From a bacterium (GTDB lineage Bacteria; Bacteroidota; Ignavibacteria; UBA10030): a DNA stretch of 64,000 nucleotides. The stretch lies in assembly GCA_043803945.1 (NCBI GenBank), contig JAZDJN010000056.1:24258-88257 (forward strand), given 5' to 3'. The notes beneath the pieces are model-generated. The model worked only from the letters and a program-made list of their open reading frames with translations, did not search any database and was not told where the DNA came from. The position numbers and the translations under genes were made by a program. Of the stretch, positions 49,218-59,100 are shown piece by piece. The first letter of the stretch is position 1. Every line of letters begins with the position of its first letter.

Positions 49218-52200
49218 CTATCTTATCTGCACTTCGAGTTTGAAATCTTCAAGAAGCCCATAGCCAACAACATGGTACTTTGAACCAGGCGGTCGCCCCT
49301 CTTTTGCTCCTTGTTGAAATGCACCGGGCCATGCGCGCCCCAGCAGAGGATTATTATGATGCGGCCCCAATGTGTTTTTCAGTGAACCATAAACAATGAC
49401 GGAGATCTCATTCACTCCGGATTTCAAATACCGCGCAACGTTGAGCTCAAATGGCTCAAATGCGATAGATCCGATTGTTTTCCCGTTGATCTTTACATCC
49501 GCAACAACACCGCTCCACTCCCCCAGTGAGATGAAGATGTTGTGACCAGTCAACTGTGAGCGGTCAAGTTGATATTTTTTCGAGTACTCAATTTTATCAC
49601 CGTAAAACGGCATACCCTGTTCTGCCCATGATCCGAGCTTCATTGCCGGTGAGGCCGCGATTCGGAACCCCTTCTCCTGAGACTCCAGAGCGAAATCTCC
49701 CAGGATGAAGATCGGCTGGAGTTCGGTGTGAATGGTAAACGGTGATGATCTCAGTGCAATACTGTTTTCTCCATTGCGAACATACCGGCCGATATCGAAA
49801 ACACCAAACGCCTTATCGAGCCACCATTCATTTTTTCGCGGCTGAATCTGAACACCATTAATCAGCACCTGGAATAACTCCGGCCGCTCGATCACTGCCT
49901 GGAAGGATTCCTTCTTCACAGCATCCGAGACATTGAACGAATAGACCGAGGTAAATCCGGTCTTCACGCCAAAGGTATCCTGTTCAACAATGTTCTTTCT
50001 GTACTGAACTGCATGATCCCAGGGATTCACCGGCAACCCATGGAATTTGTAAGCCTTTGTCTGGGCGTCATAGAAATAGAGATCCCTCTCGGTATTTTGA
50101 CCAAGTGTGAGATCGCAGTAATCCAATGCGAGAATATTCTTTCCGAGCCGTTTCACTTCAGGCCCCGTGAGAGATACGAGAGCGTTACGCTGCTTCGTTC
50201 CGGGCACACCTGGCGGGACTTCAGTTGACCGGAGGCAGAGCAGAAGGCTTCCTCCACGCGGAAGTGAGAATTCAAAATTCACCTTACCCTTCTCGAAGCG
50301 ATAGGGGTAAGATTTCACAGCACCCGTCATCCCATCCCATTCTTCACACGATCGGGCCGGAGCGGTTATGCTGCCGGAGATTGCAGACTTATCGCTTGTA
50401 TTGACCAGAAAGAGCAATTCGAAACCTTTGAACTTGCGCCGTTGGTGAAAGAGTAACTGCTGATTGGAATCCCGGGATTGCGAGAGAACAAACGAGAGCG
50501 CTGACGGGCAGAGGCGCTCAATGACTGCAATATCAACAGAATCGTTTGATGAAGTCCAACTGCTTGAGTATCGATTGGCAACGTTCTCAATCTGATCTGT
50601 GCGCTGCCCCTGAAGGAAGGAAGGAGGATTTCCATAGCATAGCACGTTGCCGCCCGCGACCAGGTATTGGGACAGCAGCGAGAATGTCGATTGGTCCAGG
50701 TTCTCCAGTGTCGGGGGAAGTATGACGAGATCGTAAGCACGCTGTCCAATGATGAATTGATTGCTGGTGACTTTTCCATGCTCACGGATGGTTCGTTCAC
50801 TTCCGAGATCATATTCAAGTTGAGCGGCTTCCAATGCGTTGACAAATGATTGAAACAGCTTTTCGATCGTTCGGATTTTTGCCCGATCTCCTTTCGGTGC
50901 ATAATGCATCCAGGCTGTTGTTGTCGGCTCGATGACGAGGATCCGATTGAGCTGAGCCCCAAGCGAGTGTGCGACAGAAAGGCGGCCATAATAATCGGCA
51001 AGAATTCTGTAGTTCTTCCACCATGGTTCGTGATACGAGAACGAGAGCGGATGGTCTGTCTTCCGGGCTCCTTTAATCGTCACATAGGAGAGGTGTTGAT
51101 TCATGAAGTTCACACCAAGAGCATATTCCCAATCGGCAATCCTTTTCTGATCGAAGAATGTCATTTCCCAGCCGCCGGCGCCGAATGTTTCCGACATCGT
51201 ACGCTGCATCCCCAGTTGATTCGCTGCGCTGCGAATTTCCCGCACTGCCCGTGCATTCCCGAATTGGGCGTGCGTATCCATCTGAAAATCATTCATCAGA
51301 ATATCGATGCCAGGCATATGGGCATAGGCTGCCATTGCCAAATTATCCGGACTGACAACGGGGCGGGGCCACTCATGCTCCCAGTAGTGGCCGGTAAAGG
51401 CAAGATTGTTCTTTGTGCAATAATCGTAGTAGGGTTTCGCCCAATTGTCGATGAACAGGTCGAGAATTGTGGAGTAGTAGTTGTGCCGAACCCGCTGCCA
51501 ATCCCCGATATCTTCATAGAGCGACGGCAGGTGCAAACGAAGATCATAACCCCATCTCGCTTGAAAGACTTTAAAAAGTGCCGGCGTGTAATTCACGGCA
51601 GGCACATTCGGCTCAGTTGCCGGATTGATTTCCGCCTCATCCTGAAAGACGCCGGGTACCACCTTCCCAAATTCTTTTCCAATCACACGCTTATATGCAT
51701 TAAGCGTTACATCGAGGAATTTCTCCGTCACCTCCCGCCGCATCAAGTCCACATAGGTGAATCCACCATACCAGGGATTCGGCTTCTGTCGAATGACGGT
51801 GAAGAGATAGTACTCACTCAGCCCGAATGATTTTGACTTCCGATCCTTGGTAATATCGACGAATCCCAATTCAGTTTTCTGCAGTATGAAGAGCGGCTCA
51901 GAGGAAAATACTTTGGGAAGCTCCGTGACCCGGCTCATCCCCAAACCGCTCCGGACAGCATCCGGCATCTGTGCGGGAACATGGCCGCCGGCAAATCCGG
52001 AAGGATAGGAGTTCTCATCGTAGAGCCAGATGTTCATACCAAGCTTCTTCCCCTTCTCCACCGTATATCGACACAACGCGAACCATTCATTAGAGAGATA
52101 TTCAGTGATTAATCCCGGTCTCGGGTGGATGAAGACTCCTCCGATTCCATGCGCTCGAAAATCTGTGAGCTGCTCATCGATTTGCTTCTTCGTAACACGG

Positions 52201-52403
52201 TCGTTCCAAACCCAAAGCGGGGCACTGCGCAACTCAGACGGCGGATTAAGAAAGAGTTGCCTGACAGCTTTATATGAATCAGATGAAGGAAGGTTAGATT
52301 TTGTCTGTGAAAAAATTCCATCAATAGGAAATGTGAGTAGCAAAGAATAACACATTGCCTGAAGTAAATACCCTGCAAGAATTATATCAATGGTCCTTTT
52401 CAT
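49218..52403 (-). CDS. GH106-like (alpha-L-rhamnosidase-type) glycoside hydrolase, secreted
   Basis: PLWVWN, GGVFIHPRPGL, WLYDENSYPSGFAGG, GVFQDE, FTGHYWEHE, MPGIDIL, SETFGAGGW, LGVNF..HL, C-terminal GH2-like sugar-binding sandwiches. Confidence 0.78.
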   Translation of the reverse strand: MKRTIDIILAGYLLQAMCYSLLLTFPIDGIFSQTKSNLPSSDSYKAVRQLFLNPPSELRSAPLWVWNDRVTKKQIDEQLTDFRAHGIGGVFIHPRPGLITEYLSNEWFALCRYTVEKGKKLGMNIWLYDENSYPSGFAGGHVPAQMPDAVRSGLGMSRVTELPKVFSSEPLFILQKTELGFVDITKDRKSKSFGLSEYYLFTVIRQKPNPWYGGFTYVDLMRREVTEKFLDVTLNAYKRVIGKEFGKVVPGVFQDEAEINPATEPNVPAVNYTPALFKVFQARWGYDLRLHLPSLYEDIGDWQRVRHNYYSTILDLFIDNWAKPYYDYCTKNNLAFTGHYWEHEWPRPVVSPDNLAMAAYAHMPGIDILMNDFQMDTHAQFGNARAVREIRSAANQLGMQRTMSETFGAGGWEMTFFDQKRIADWEYALGVNFMNQHLSYVTIKGARKTDHPLSFSYHEPWWKNYRILADYYGRLSVAHSLGAQLNRILVIEPTTTAWMHYAPKGDRAKIRTIEKLFQSFVNALEAAQLEYDLGSERTIREHGKVTSNQFIIGQRAYDLVILPPTLENLDQSTFSLLSQYLVAGGNVLCYGNPPSFLQGQRTDQIENVANRYSSSWTSSNDSVDIAVIERLCPSALSFVLSQSRDSNQQLLFHQRRKFKGFELLFLVNTSDKSAISGSITAPARSCEEWDGMTGAVKSYPYRFEKGKVNFEFSLPRGGSLLLCLRSTEVPPGVPGTKQRNALVSLTGPEVKRLGKNILALDYCDLTLGQNTERDLYFYDAQTKAYKFHGLPVNPWDHAVQYRKNIVEQDTFGVKTGFTSVYSFNVSDAVKKESFQAVIERPELFQVLINGVQIQPRKNEWWLDKAFGVFDIGRYVRNGENSIALRSSPFTIHTELQPIFILGDFALESQEKGFRIAASPAMKLGSWAEQGMPFYGDKIEYSKKYQLDRSQLTGHNIFISLGEWSGVVADVKINGKTIGSIAFEPFELNVARYLKSGVNEISVIVYGSLKNTLGPHHNNPLLGRAWPGAFQQGAKEGRPPGSKYHVVGYGLLEDFKLEVQIR

Positions 52404-52437
52404 GATGACCCTCCATTATTTGTTTGATCCCTCGTCA

Positions 52438-52565
52438 GAGGCTGAAAAAAAATACACAAAGGGTGTCACGGTCCATACCGTGACACACAATATTTGAATG
52501 TTATCCATATTTTGTGTCACGAAGTGGTTCGTGACACCCGAGTGTTTTTCTTTTTGGACGACCTC
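52438..52565 (+). repeat. MITE/REPIN-like element copy B
   Basis: Ends GAGGCTGAAAAAAA / TTTTTGGACGACCTC. Hairpins 52463-52486 and 52514-52537, 27-nt spacer. Confidence 0.9.
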
Positions 52566-52580
52566 TTAAATACATCCTCT

Positions 52581-54026
52581 TCATTTTGAGGGGGGCGCTT
52601 TTTGCACAACCCCTTCCGCTTTCATAAGCTTTTCAATATCAGCCAGCGAGGTCGGGGCTAGGCTTGTTAACACTTCTACTCCAGTTTCCGTGATCACCAC
52701 CGTGTCTTCATAACGGTAGTAAAGATTCTCCTCCCGCACCCACAGTTGCGGATCGACAGCAAAGACATGACCGGATTTCAGAGGGCCCGGCATGTAATTG
52801 CCGTCATCGTGCACTGCCATCCCAACCGCATGCGAAAAGGCACCGCCACCGGTAGCTACCAGTGTTCTGGCAGCGGCCTCGTACACCGGCTTCGAGAAGG
52901 TGGTCTTCTTCAATACATCCTCCATCACTTCCTTCACCTCCGCCATGATCTGAGCCGGTGTAACGCCAGGTCGAATTCTCTTCAAGGTTTCTTTATGATA
53001 GATGAGAATAAATCCCAGAACCTCTTTTTGTAGCGGGCTGAATTTCCCATTGACCGGGAACATCCGGCCGATATCGCTTGTGTAATTGCCACAGTCGGGG
53101 GAATAATCCATGAGGACAAGATCGCCGTCGTTCAACTTCGCATTATTCCGGAAATAGTGGCCGTTGGAAATATTGGCTGTGCCGGCACCGATAATGGCAC
53201 GATAGCCATCGAGACGCGAACCATTAACAATGAATTGATATCTTGCTGCTGCTTCGAGCTGGTATTCGTAAAGACCCGTCTGTGCACTTTTCATTACCTC
53301 AATGACTCCAAGTGCTGCCAATTGTGATGCTCTTCGAATCAAAGCAATTTCCCTTGGACTCTTGACTGAACGCATGTCATCGATGATCGGGATGAGGTCC
53401 TTTATTTCAGCACGCGGATATCGTGAACGGAGAAGCTGGATGAACTGTCCCTCGCGTGAGAGCCGGCCGTTCCAGAAGTCCGTTGCAATCGCTGTGAGTG
53501 CAGAAAGGATTTCACCGCGACTCTCCGCATACCCTTCACCGGGTTGAAAAGGTGTATAGATTACCGGCATTCTGCCGCGCTGGCCCGGTTGCGAGAGCCA
53601 GTTGCCGCGCATCTCCTCTGTGCTTCTGACCACATCGGCGCCGGTAATTTTCTTTACGAGTTCTGAATCACTTGCTGCAACATCGCGCCCCTGGCCGCGG
53701 CCCGCACGGGCAGGGAGAAACAGTGTCACCCGCCGCGTCCTGCCGTCGAGGAGAAGATAGGAGTTCGGGCTTTCAATACCGCAGAGATAATAGAATTCAT
53801 TCGTCTGCCGGGGCAAGACAAAGCCCCGCACGTCTTCAATCCCTGCCACCAGAGCAACGGCATTGTCTCCGATCTTCTCAAAGACCTTTTCCCATCGTGC
53901 TTTGAATTCCTCAGGCGGAAAGTCCGTTTGAAAGCTTGGTTCGTTCTGTGCATGAATGCGAAGCGAAGGAACTATCACACTCGTTACTATCAGCATTCTG
54001 AGAAAAACCTTTATTCGATGATTCAT
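52581..54026 (-). CDS. Xaa-Pro aminopeptidase family (M24B) with signal peptide
   Basis: AMP_N domain RQTNEFYYLCG, RSVKSPREIALIR, LMDYSPD..YTSDIGRMFP.NGKFS, SHAVGMAVHD, YRYEDTV. Confidence 0.88.
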   Translation of the reverse strand: MNHRIKVFLRMLIVTSVIVPSLRIHAQNEPSFQTDFPPEEFKARWEKVFEKIGDNAVALVAGIEDVRGFVLPRQTNEFYYLCGIESPNSYLLLDGRTRRVTLFLPARAGRGQGRDVAASDSELVKKITGADVVRSTEEMRGNWLSQPGQRGRMPVIYTPFQPGEGYAESRGEILSALTAIATDFWNGRLSREGQFIQLLRSRYPRAEIKDLIPIIDDMRSVKSPREIALIRRASQLAALGVIEVMKSAQTGLYEYQLEAAARYQFIVNGSRLDGYRAIIGAGTANISNGHYFRNNAKLNDGDLVLMDYSPDCGNYTSDIGRMFPVNGKFSPLQKEVLGFILIYHKETLKRIRPGVTPAQIMAEVKEVMEDVLKKTTFSKPVYEAAARTLVATGGGAFSHAVGMAVHDDGNYMPGPLKSGHVFAVDPQLWVREENLYYRYEDTVVITETGVEVLTSLAPTSLADIEKLMKAEGVVQKAPPSK

Positions 54027-54131
54027 GTTATGACCCTCTCTTTTGGGAAAAAAGGAACTATCCTCATCACATCACTTGACCAGATAGTGCAAAGGGTTAA
54101 GACCCTTGTCATTATTAGTCGAATTTGGTGT

Positions 54132-54258
54132 GAGGTTGTCTAAAAAGTAAAGCGTGGGTGTTACGGTCCACACCGTGACACTTCAAATCTAATATTTTCA
54201 GATTTGTGCGTCACGAAATGGTTCGTAACGACCGGTGTTTTTCTTTTTGAACGACCTC
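54132..54258 (+). repeat. MITE/REPIN-like element copy C
   Basis: Ends GAGGTTGTCTAAAAAG / CTTTTTGAACGACCTC. Hairpins 54158-54181 and 54208-54231, 26-nt spacer. Confidence 0.9.
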
Positions 54259-54302
54259 ACTTGCGCTTCAACCTTTATCTATTCGATTGCCACTTGCGCT
54301 CC

Positions 54303-55859
54303 TTAGTTACTAACTTTCGCTTTGATCATCGTAAACGAATGGGGCGGGAAACTATACTTCAAGGTTCCTGAACCTCCGATAGTGATTTCTTTTGTGACAG
54401 ACTTGATATTCTGTGCGTTGATCGTATTGATGAGTTTGAGGTCAGGGCCGTTCACCTCGTAGACGGTTACCTTCTGATCAAACTTACCAGACTGGTTGAG
54501 AATTTCTGCTTCGATTGCCGAATCGCGATGACGATTAACAACACTCATGATAACCGTCTTCTCTTTCTCATCGAACACCGTGGAGACGTCGAGATATGGC
54601 ACGCCTTTGCGCTGGCCGACATTGAAGGTATCGCATGCTACAAATGTTTTCAGCGACATGCCGCGGCAGTTGTTGGCAAAGAGCTGCAGCGGGTAATAGA
54701 TTGTCTGGAGCCAGAGTTTCCCCTGGTCAACTTTCATCGGAGCGATGACATTTACCAATTGTGCCATGTTGGCAATCTTGACAATGTGAGCATTGCGGAC
54801 AAAACAGTTCAGGAATTGTGCAATGACGAGAGCATCCTGAAGATCATACACCTCTTCCAGTTTCTGTTCATTCCACGCCCGGTACCACACATTATATTCA
54901 TCAAACGCGATATAGATTGGCGATGTGCGCCGGGTTTTCGACAGCGTTTCTTTTATCAACCCTTCCACAATCTGTATGCGCTGCTCAACACTGACCGTTG
55001 TCGACATGAAGTCATAGTAATTATTCGACCGGTCGCCCACATACGTATGCAACGCGATATAGTCGGCCTGGTCTTTCAGATAGTTTAGCACCGTGCGGTT
55101 CCAATCAATCCACCCGCTCCCAAAGGCACTCGAACCACAGACCACGAGCTTGATGGTCGGATCAATCCACTTCATTAACTTTGCCGCTTCGAGTGCATGC
55201 TTCCCATAATCATCGGCATTTCGATGACCCATTTGCCAGTCGCCATCCATCTCATTGCCCAGTGCCCAGTATTTTACATTGAAGGGTTCAGGATTTCCAT
55301 TCTTGATCCGAAGATCGGAATAGTAAGTGCCCGATTTGCGATTGCAATATTCCACCCAATTTCTCGCTTCATCCCAGGTCCCCGTTCCCAGGTTGATACA
55401 AATATAGGGCTCCGTGCTGACCTTCCGGCAGAAGTTGATGAACTCGTCCGTCCCAACAAGATTCGGTTCGATATCTCCCCATGCCAGATCGATGCGTTTC
55501 GGCCGCGTCGCCCTTGGGCCAATGCCGTCTTCCCAATGATACCCGGAGACAAAATTTCCGCCCGGCCAGCGGAGTATGGAGACATTCAGATTCTTTGTCG
55601 CCCCAATCACATCCCTGCGGAATCCATCCTGATCCGCTTGCGGGGAGGCCGGATCGTAGATACCTCCGTAGATGCAGCGGCCAAGATGCTCAGTGAAGTT
55701 GCCATAGATTTTTGAATCAACCTCTCCAATGGTACGCTCCAGATCGATCTTGATCCTTGCTTTCGCAGGAGGATTATTCTTCTGTGTTTGCGCGAAAGAG
55801 AGGTGCATTGAAAAGGATATAAGAACCACGATAAGCAGGAGATTTAGTAATCGTTTCAT
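54303..55859 (-). CDS. abfA: Alpha-L-arabinofuranosidase (GH51, AbfA-type) with signal peptide
   Basis: YGNFTEHLGRCIYGG, RWPGGNFVSGYHWEDGIGP, GTDEF, WALGNEMDG, AFDEYNVW, NMAQLVNVI. Confidence 0.94.
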   Translation of the reverse strand: MKRLLNLLLIVVLISFSMHLSFAQTQKNNPPAKARIKIDLERTIGEVDSKIYGNFTEHLGRCIYGGIYDPASPQADQDGFRRDVIGATKNLNVSILRWPGGNFVSGYHWEDGIGPRATRPKRIDLAWGDIEPNLVGTDEFINFCRKVSTEPYICINLGTGTWDEARNWVEYCNRKSGTYYSDLRIKNGNPEPFNVKYWALGNEMDGDWQMGHRNADDYGKHALEAAKLMKWIDPTIKLVVCGSSAFGSGWIDWNRTVLNYLKDQADYIALHTYVGDRSNNYYDFMSTTVSVEQRIQIVEGLIKETLSKTRRTSPIYIAFDEYNVWYRAWNEQKLEEVYDLQDALVIAQFLNCFVRNAHIVKIANMAQLVNVIAPMKVDQGKLWLQTIYYPLQLFANNCRGMSLKTFVACDTFNVGQRKGVPYLDVSTVFDEKEKTVIMSVVNRHRDSAIEAEILNQSGKFDQKVTVYEVNGPDLKLINTINAQNIKSVTKEITIGGSGTLKYSFPPHSFTMIKAKVSN

Positions 55860-56134
55860 TGCGAGGACTCCTTTGTATTTTTCCAGAATTCATTTGATCG
55901 CGGAGCAGGCCGCTTACGAAATCCGAAGATCTCTCCCCAAATGACCCACCCATCGATTGAAGGAATCGGGCACAGGGTGAAGAAGAACAGGATCAGATTG
56001 GCAGCGGCAAAAAACGAAATATATTCGTTCCGTACAAACTGAGTTGCGAGAAACGTTGTCCTGCTCAGGGTAAAGACTTTTCTGTTTCCTTTGCCGGCAA
56101 GATCTTCGAAAACTCCAAACGGTTTCATCACCAT
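55856..56134 (-). pseudogene. Possible degenerate C-terminal fragment of a site-2 protease (M50) gene
   Basis: AAANLILFFFTLCPIPSIDGWVI resembles the M50 motif NLxLxxFNLLPxxPLDG. The stop overlaps the GH51 start (ATGA). No HExxH part is present. Confidence 0.35.
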
Positions 56135-56144
56135 CCCGCTATTG

Positions 56145-59100
56145 TTATTCAACCTTCCACTCAAGAATTCCGCCGCAGAAATTCTTTTGAAGTTCAACCT
56201 CCAGGCGTACTCCTGTGGTTTCAATCTCACGACAGCTTACTGTATTCCATGCATCTTTCCTGGTTCCGTACTCTGCCAATTGCTCGATAGGAATCCATCC
56301 ATCGCCTTTTTTATATAGTACTTTCCAGGATTGCGGCACGCGGCATTCACCATCGCTTCCATCATCGTACCAGTACACGGATACCGTTTTGATTTTCTTT
56401 GGTGCTGGGAAGTCATACTGGACCCACTCGTTCGTCCCTTTGTGTGCCCACCATGTCATCCGGGCAATGCTCTCATCATTCGAGCTCTTCGGTTCAAATC
56501 CATCGGCAACTGCTTTGATATCGTCATATTGATTCACATAGGACGATGTGATTTTATAGGAAATTTGTTTCGGCCGCTGCGGAGGAATCCATTCATGCCC
56601 CTCGCCGCTTTTTGTGACGGTAGGAAATGATGCAATCCGTAATCGCGCCGCACCCATCGGGATCAGTGTTATCGTTTCTTCGGGAGCAGTTGTTCGTGCC
56701 GGACTTTGTTGGAGCAACCCAGCAAGGCCAAGATAATCCTGCTGCCAATTTGCTAGCTTACGTCCCTTTGCATTGAGTTGAATAGGTACGGTTTCAAGAG
56801 TAAACGGTTGATGTGCAAGAGCACCGGTTTTTCGGACCAGCTTGAACGAAGCTGCGGGATTGGTATCATCAAACAGCAATCCGTAATTCCATGGCGATGC
56901 TGGAAACACTTCCCACTCCGGCCATTGTTCATTCGAGCCATACTTCTGCCATCGTTCGTCTATCTTCAATGCAAAGGAGAGCGGACCATAATTGACCGAC
57001 ACAGAATTCTCATTTTTCTCCCAGGTTTGCACCGTCACATGCATATCAAATGTTAGCGTCACAACGTCGCCATTCTGCCATTGCCTGTGAATTTTCAGGT
57101 AGGACAATGGATCGATTGTGCTTTCAACTGCAATTCCATTGATCCGAACAACAGTATTCTTCGACCATCGGGGGATTCGGAGATACAATGGAAAATTCAC
57201 AGACTTCGGCGTGGTAAGATTCAGTGTAACTGTATTGGAAAATGGGTATTCAGTCTCTTCTGCCAGTGTGATTATTGTTCCATCGCCGACTTTTGCCCGC
57301 ACCTCGGAAGCAGAGTAGATCGAAGCGCATAAACCGCGATCTGAGGTGGCAAGCCAAAGCTCCTCGGCAAAGTACGGCCAGCCGTGTGATACATTATGCT
57401 GGCAGCAGCGGTACACCTGAAACGGACTGTACGACATCATCGTGCCGCCATTCTGAACACCCGGTGATTTCGATTCTTTATCGAGTTGAATCTCATTTGC
57501 ACAGGTGAGGTAACGGAGCCCTTTTTGATCCGGGGTCATAGCCGCAGGCAAGCTGTTGAAGGTAATATCCTCGCATCGATCGGACCAGATCGGAGTGCCC
57601 GTTATTTTGGTAAGCATCTGGAAGCTGTGCATGAACTCAACAATACCGCAGGTTTCAAATCCCTGCCGTGGATCGTCGAAGCCCGGCCTCGCATTCTCGT
57701 CGGCAGCAAATCCTCCGCCGGGAAATTGTCCAAAGAGATCCATCACCTTCCGATAATTCCGTTCTGCACCGTAGAGATGTTTCTGTTCTTGCGATTGTTG
57801 GAAGTAGACTGTCGGTTCGCGAAATCCCTGCGCCACATTGACATTATGCCAGTTGATGACATCATCCTCCCAATGCGCCATGTTTTTGTGCATCTTCGCT
57901 GCCAAGTCGAGCAGCCATGACTCTCCGGTGCGATTATAGGCCCAGTAGAGGCTTTCAATATTATCACCCATCCTGATCTTCGGCCAGTATCCTGCTCCGA
58001 ATGACTCCGGCGGCAACTGATTCTCCCAACGAAAATATTTCAGCATCAAAGGAAGAACTCGCTTATCACCGGTGTACTCATAGAACGACTGCAGAATATT
58101 GAGCATCACCATATGCGGCCAGAGATCGGGTTTCCCCTGGAGCGACGTGAGCAGGCTCCTGGGGCCGAACCACCCATCCTCTCGCTGAGAGCTCAGAACT
58201 GCCTCAATCCATGTTCTTGTTTCCTTGATGATGGCTTCATCCTTCAAAACGTACCCAAGATCACCGTATCCTTTCAACCAATAGGGCAGCTCCTCCCACC
58301 CGCGCTCACCTTCGCCGCGGGAGTTTCCCCACGCGCTTTTCTCGAAGTTCAGCCAGGGAGAGATTTCCTTCAGCCGACCGGTCATCCCTTCTTTCTCAAT
58401 CTCAAGCATACCTCGGATCCAACCCTTCGGAGTAATACTTCCGATGGGCAATTTCATAAAGGGACTTTGTGCCAGCGGTTCGCGATTTGAGGTATAGAGG
58501 CCATTCCGGTTAGCAGCCATTGCATGCGGAACATTCTTCACCTCACAGATTGCTCCTTTAGTAGTTTTTTTCTTTCCCGGCAGCAATCGAATAATTCCGA
58601 GGTCGATATATTGCCCGCCTCTCGTCTGCTTACAATACACTGCAAGAACATTTGCTCCCTTTTTCAGTGCTGCCTTCCCTTCAGCGGTCAGTTCACTCTG
58701 TTCATATTCAGACGACCATCCGCTGACTTTGCATGCCAGGACTCCATTGATGTATACCTCTGCATCCTCATCGTGATGCATCCAGAGAGCAAGATCCTTT
58801 GTGATGAGCTCATCCAGAGTGAAGATGCGCCGCAACCAGATTGTGTTCGTATTCCACAACGTGCCGATAATCGCATTCGGTGTTTCCTTCGTTCCAAAAC
58901 CGCCGTATCCGATCTTCCACTTGGAGTCATCGAAATCCTTCTTGAACCATACATCGGCCGGCTGTTCCAGGGTATAATGCCACAACTGCGGCTCACGATC
59001 GGAAGCGGGTACAATAGTCTTTACAATGGGCGACGGGGGGACATTTGAAAAATCACCCTGGTTGACCAGCGCGATCCGCTTCAAATCCGGTTTGATAATT

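Noticed and set aside
50850-51830. 326-aa plus-strand ORF (and similar ones at 6193-6963 and 21671-22339)
   Set aside because: Antisense to well-supported enzymes, with no motifs of their own.
52487-52513. Possible IHF site in the element spacer (as in E. coli BIME-1)
   Set aside because: AT-rich, but no copy matches WATCAANNNNTTR convincingly.
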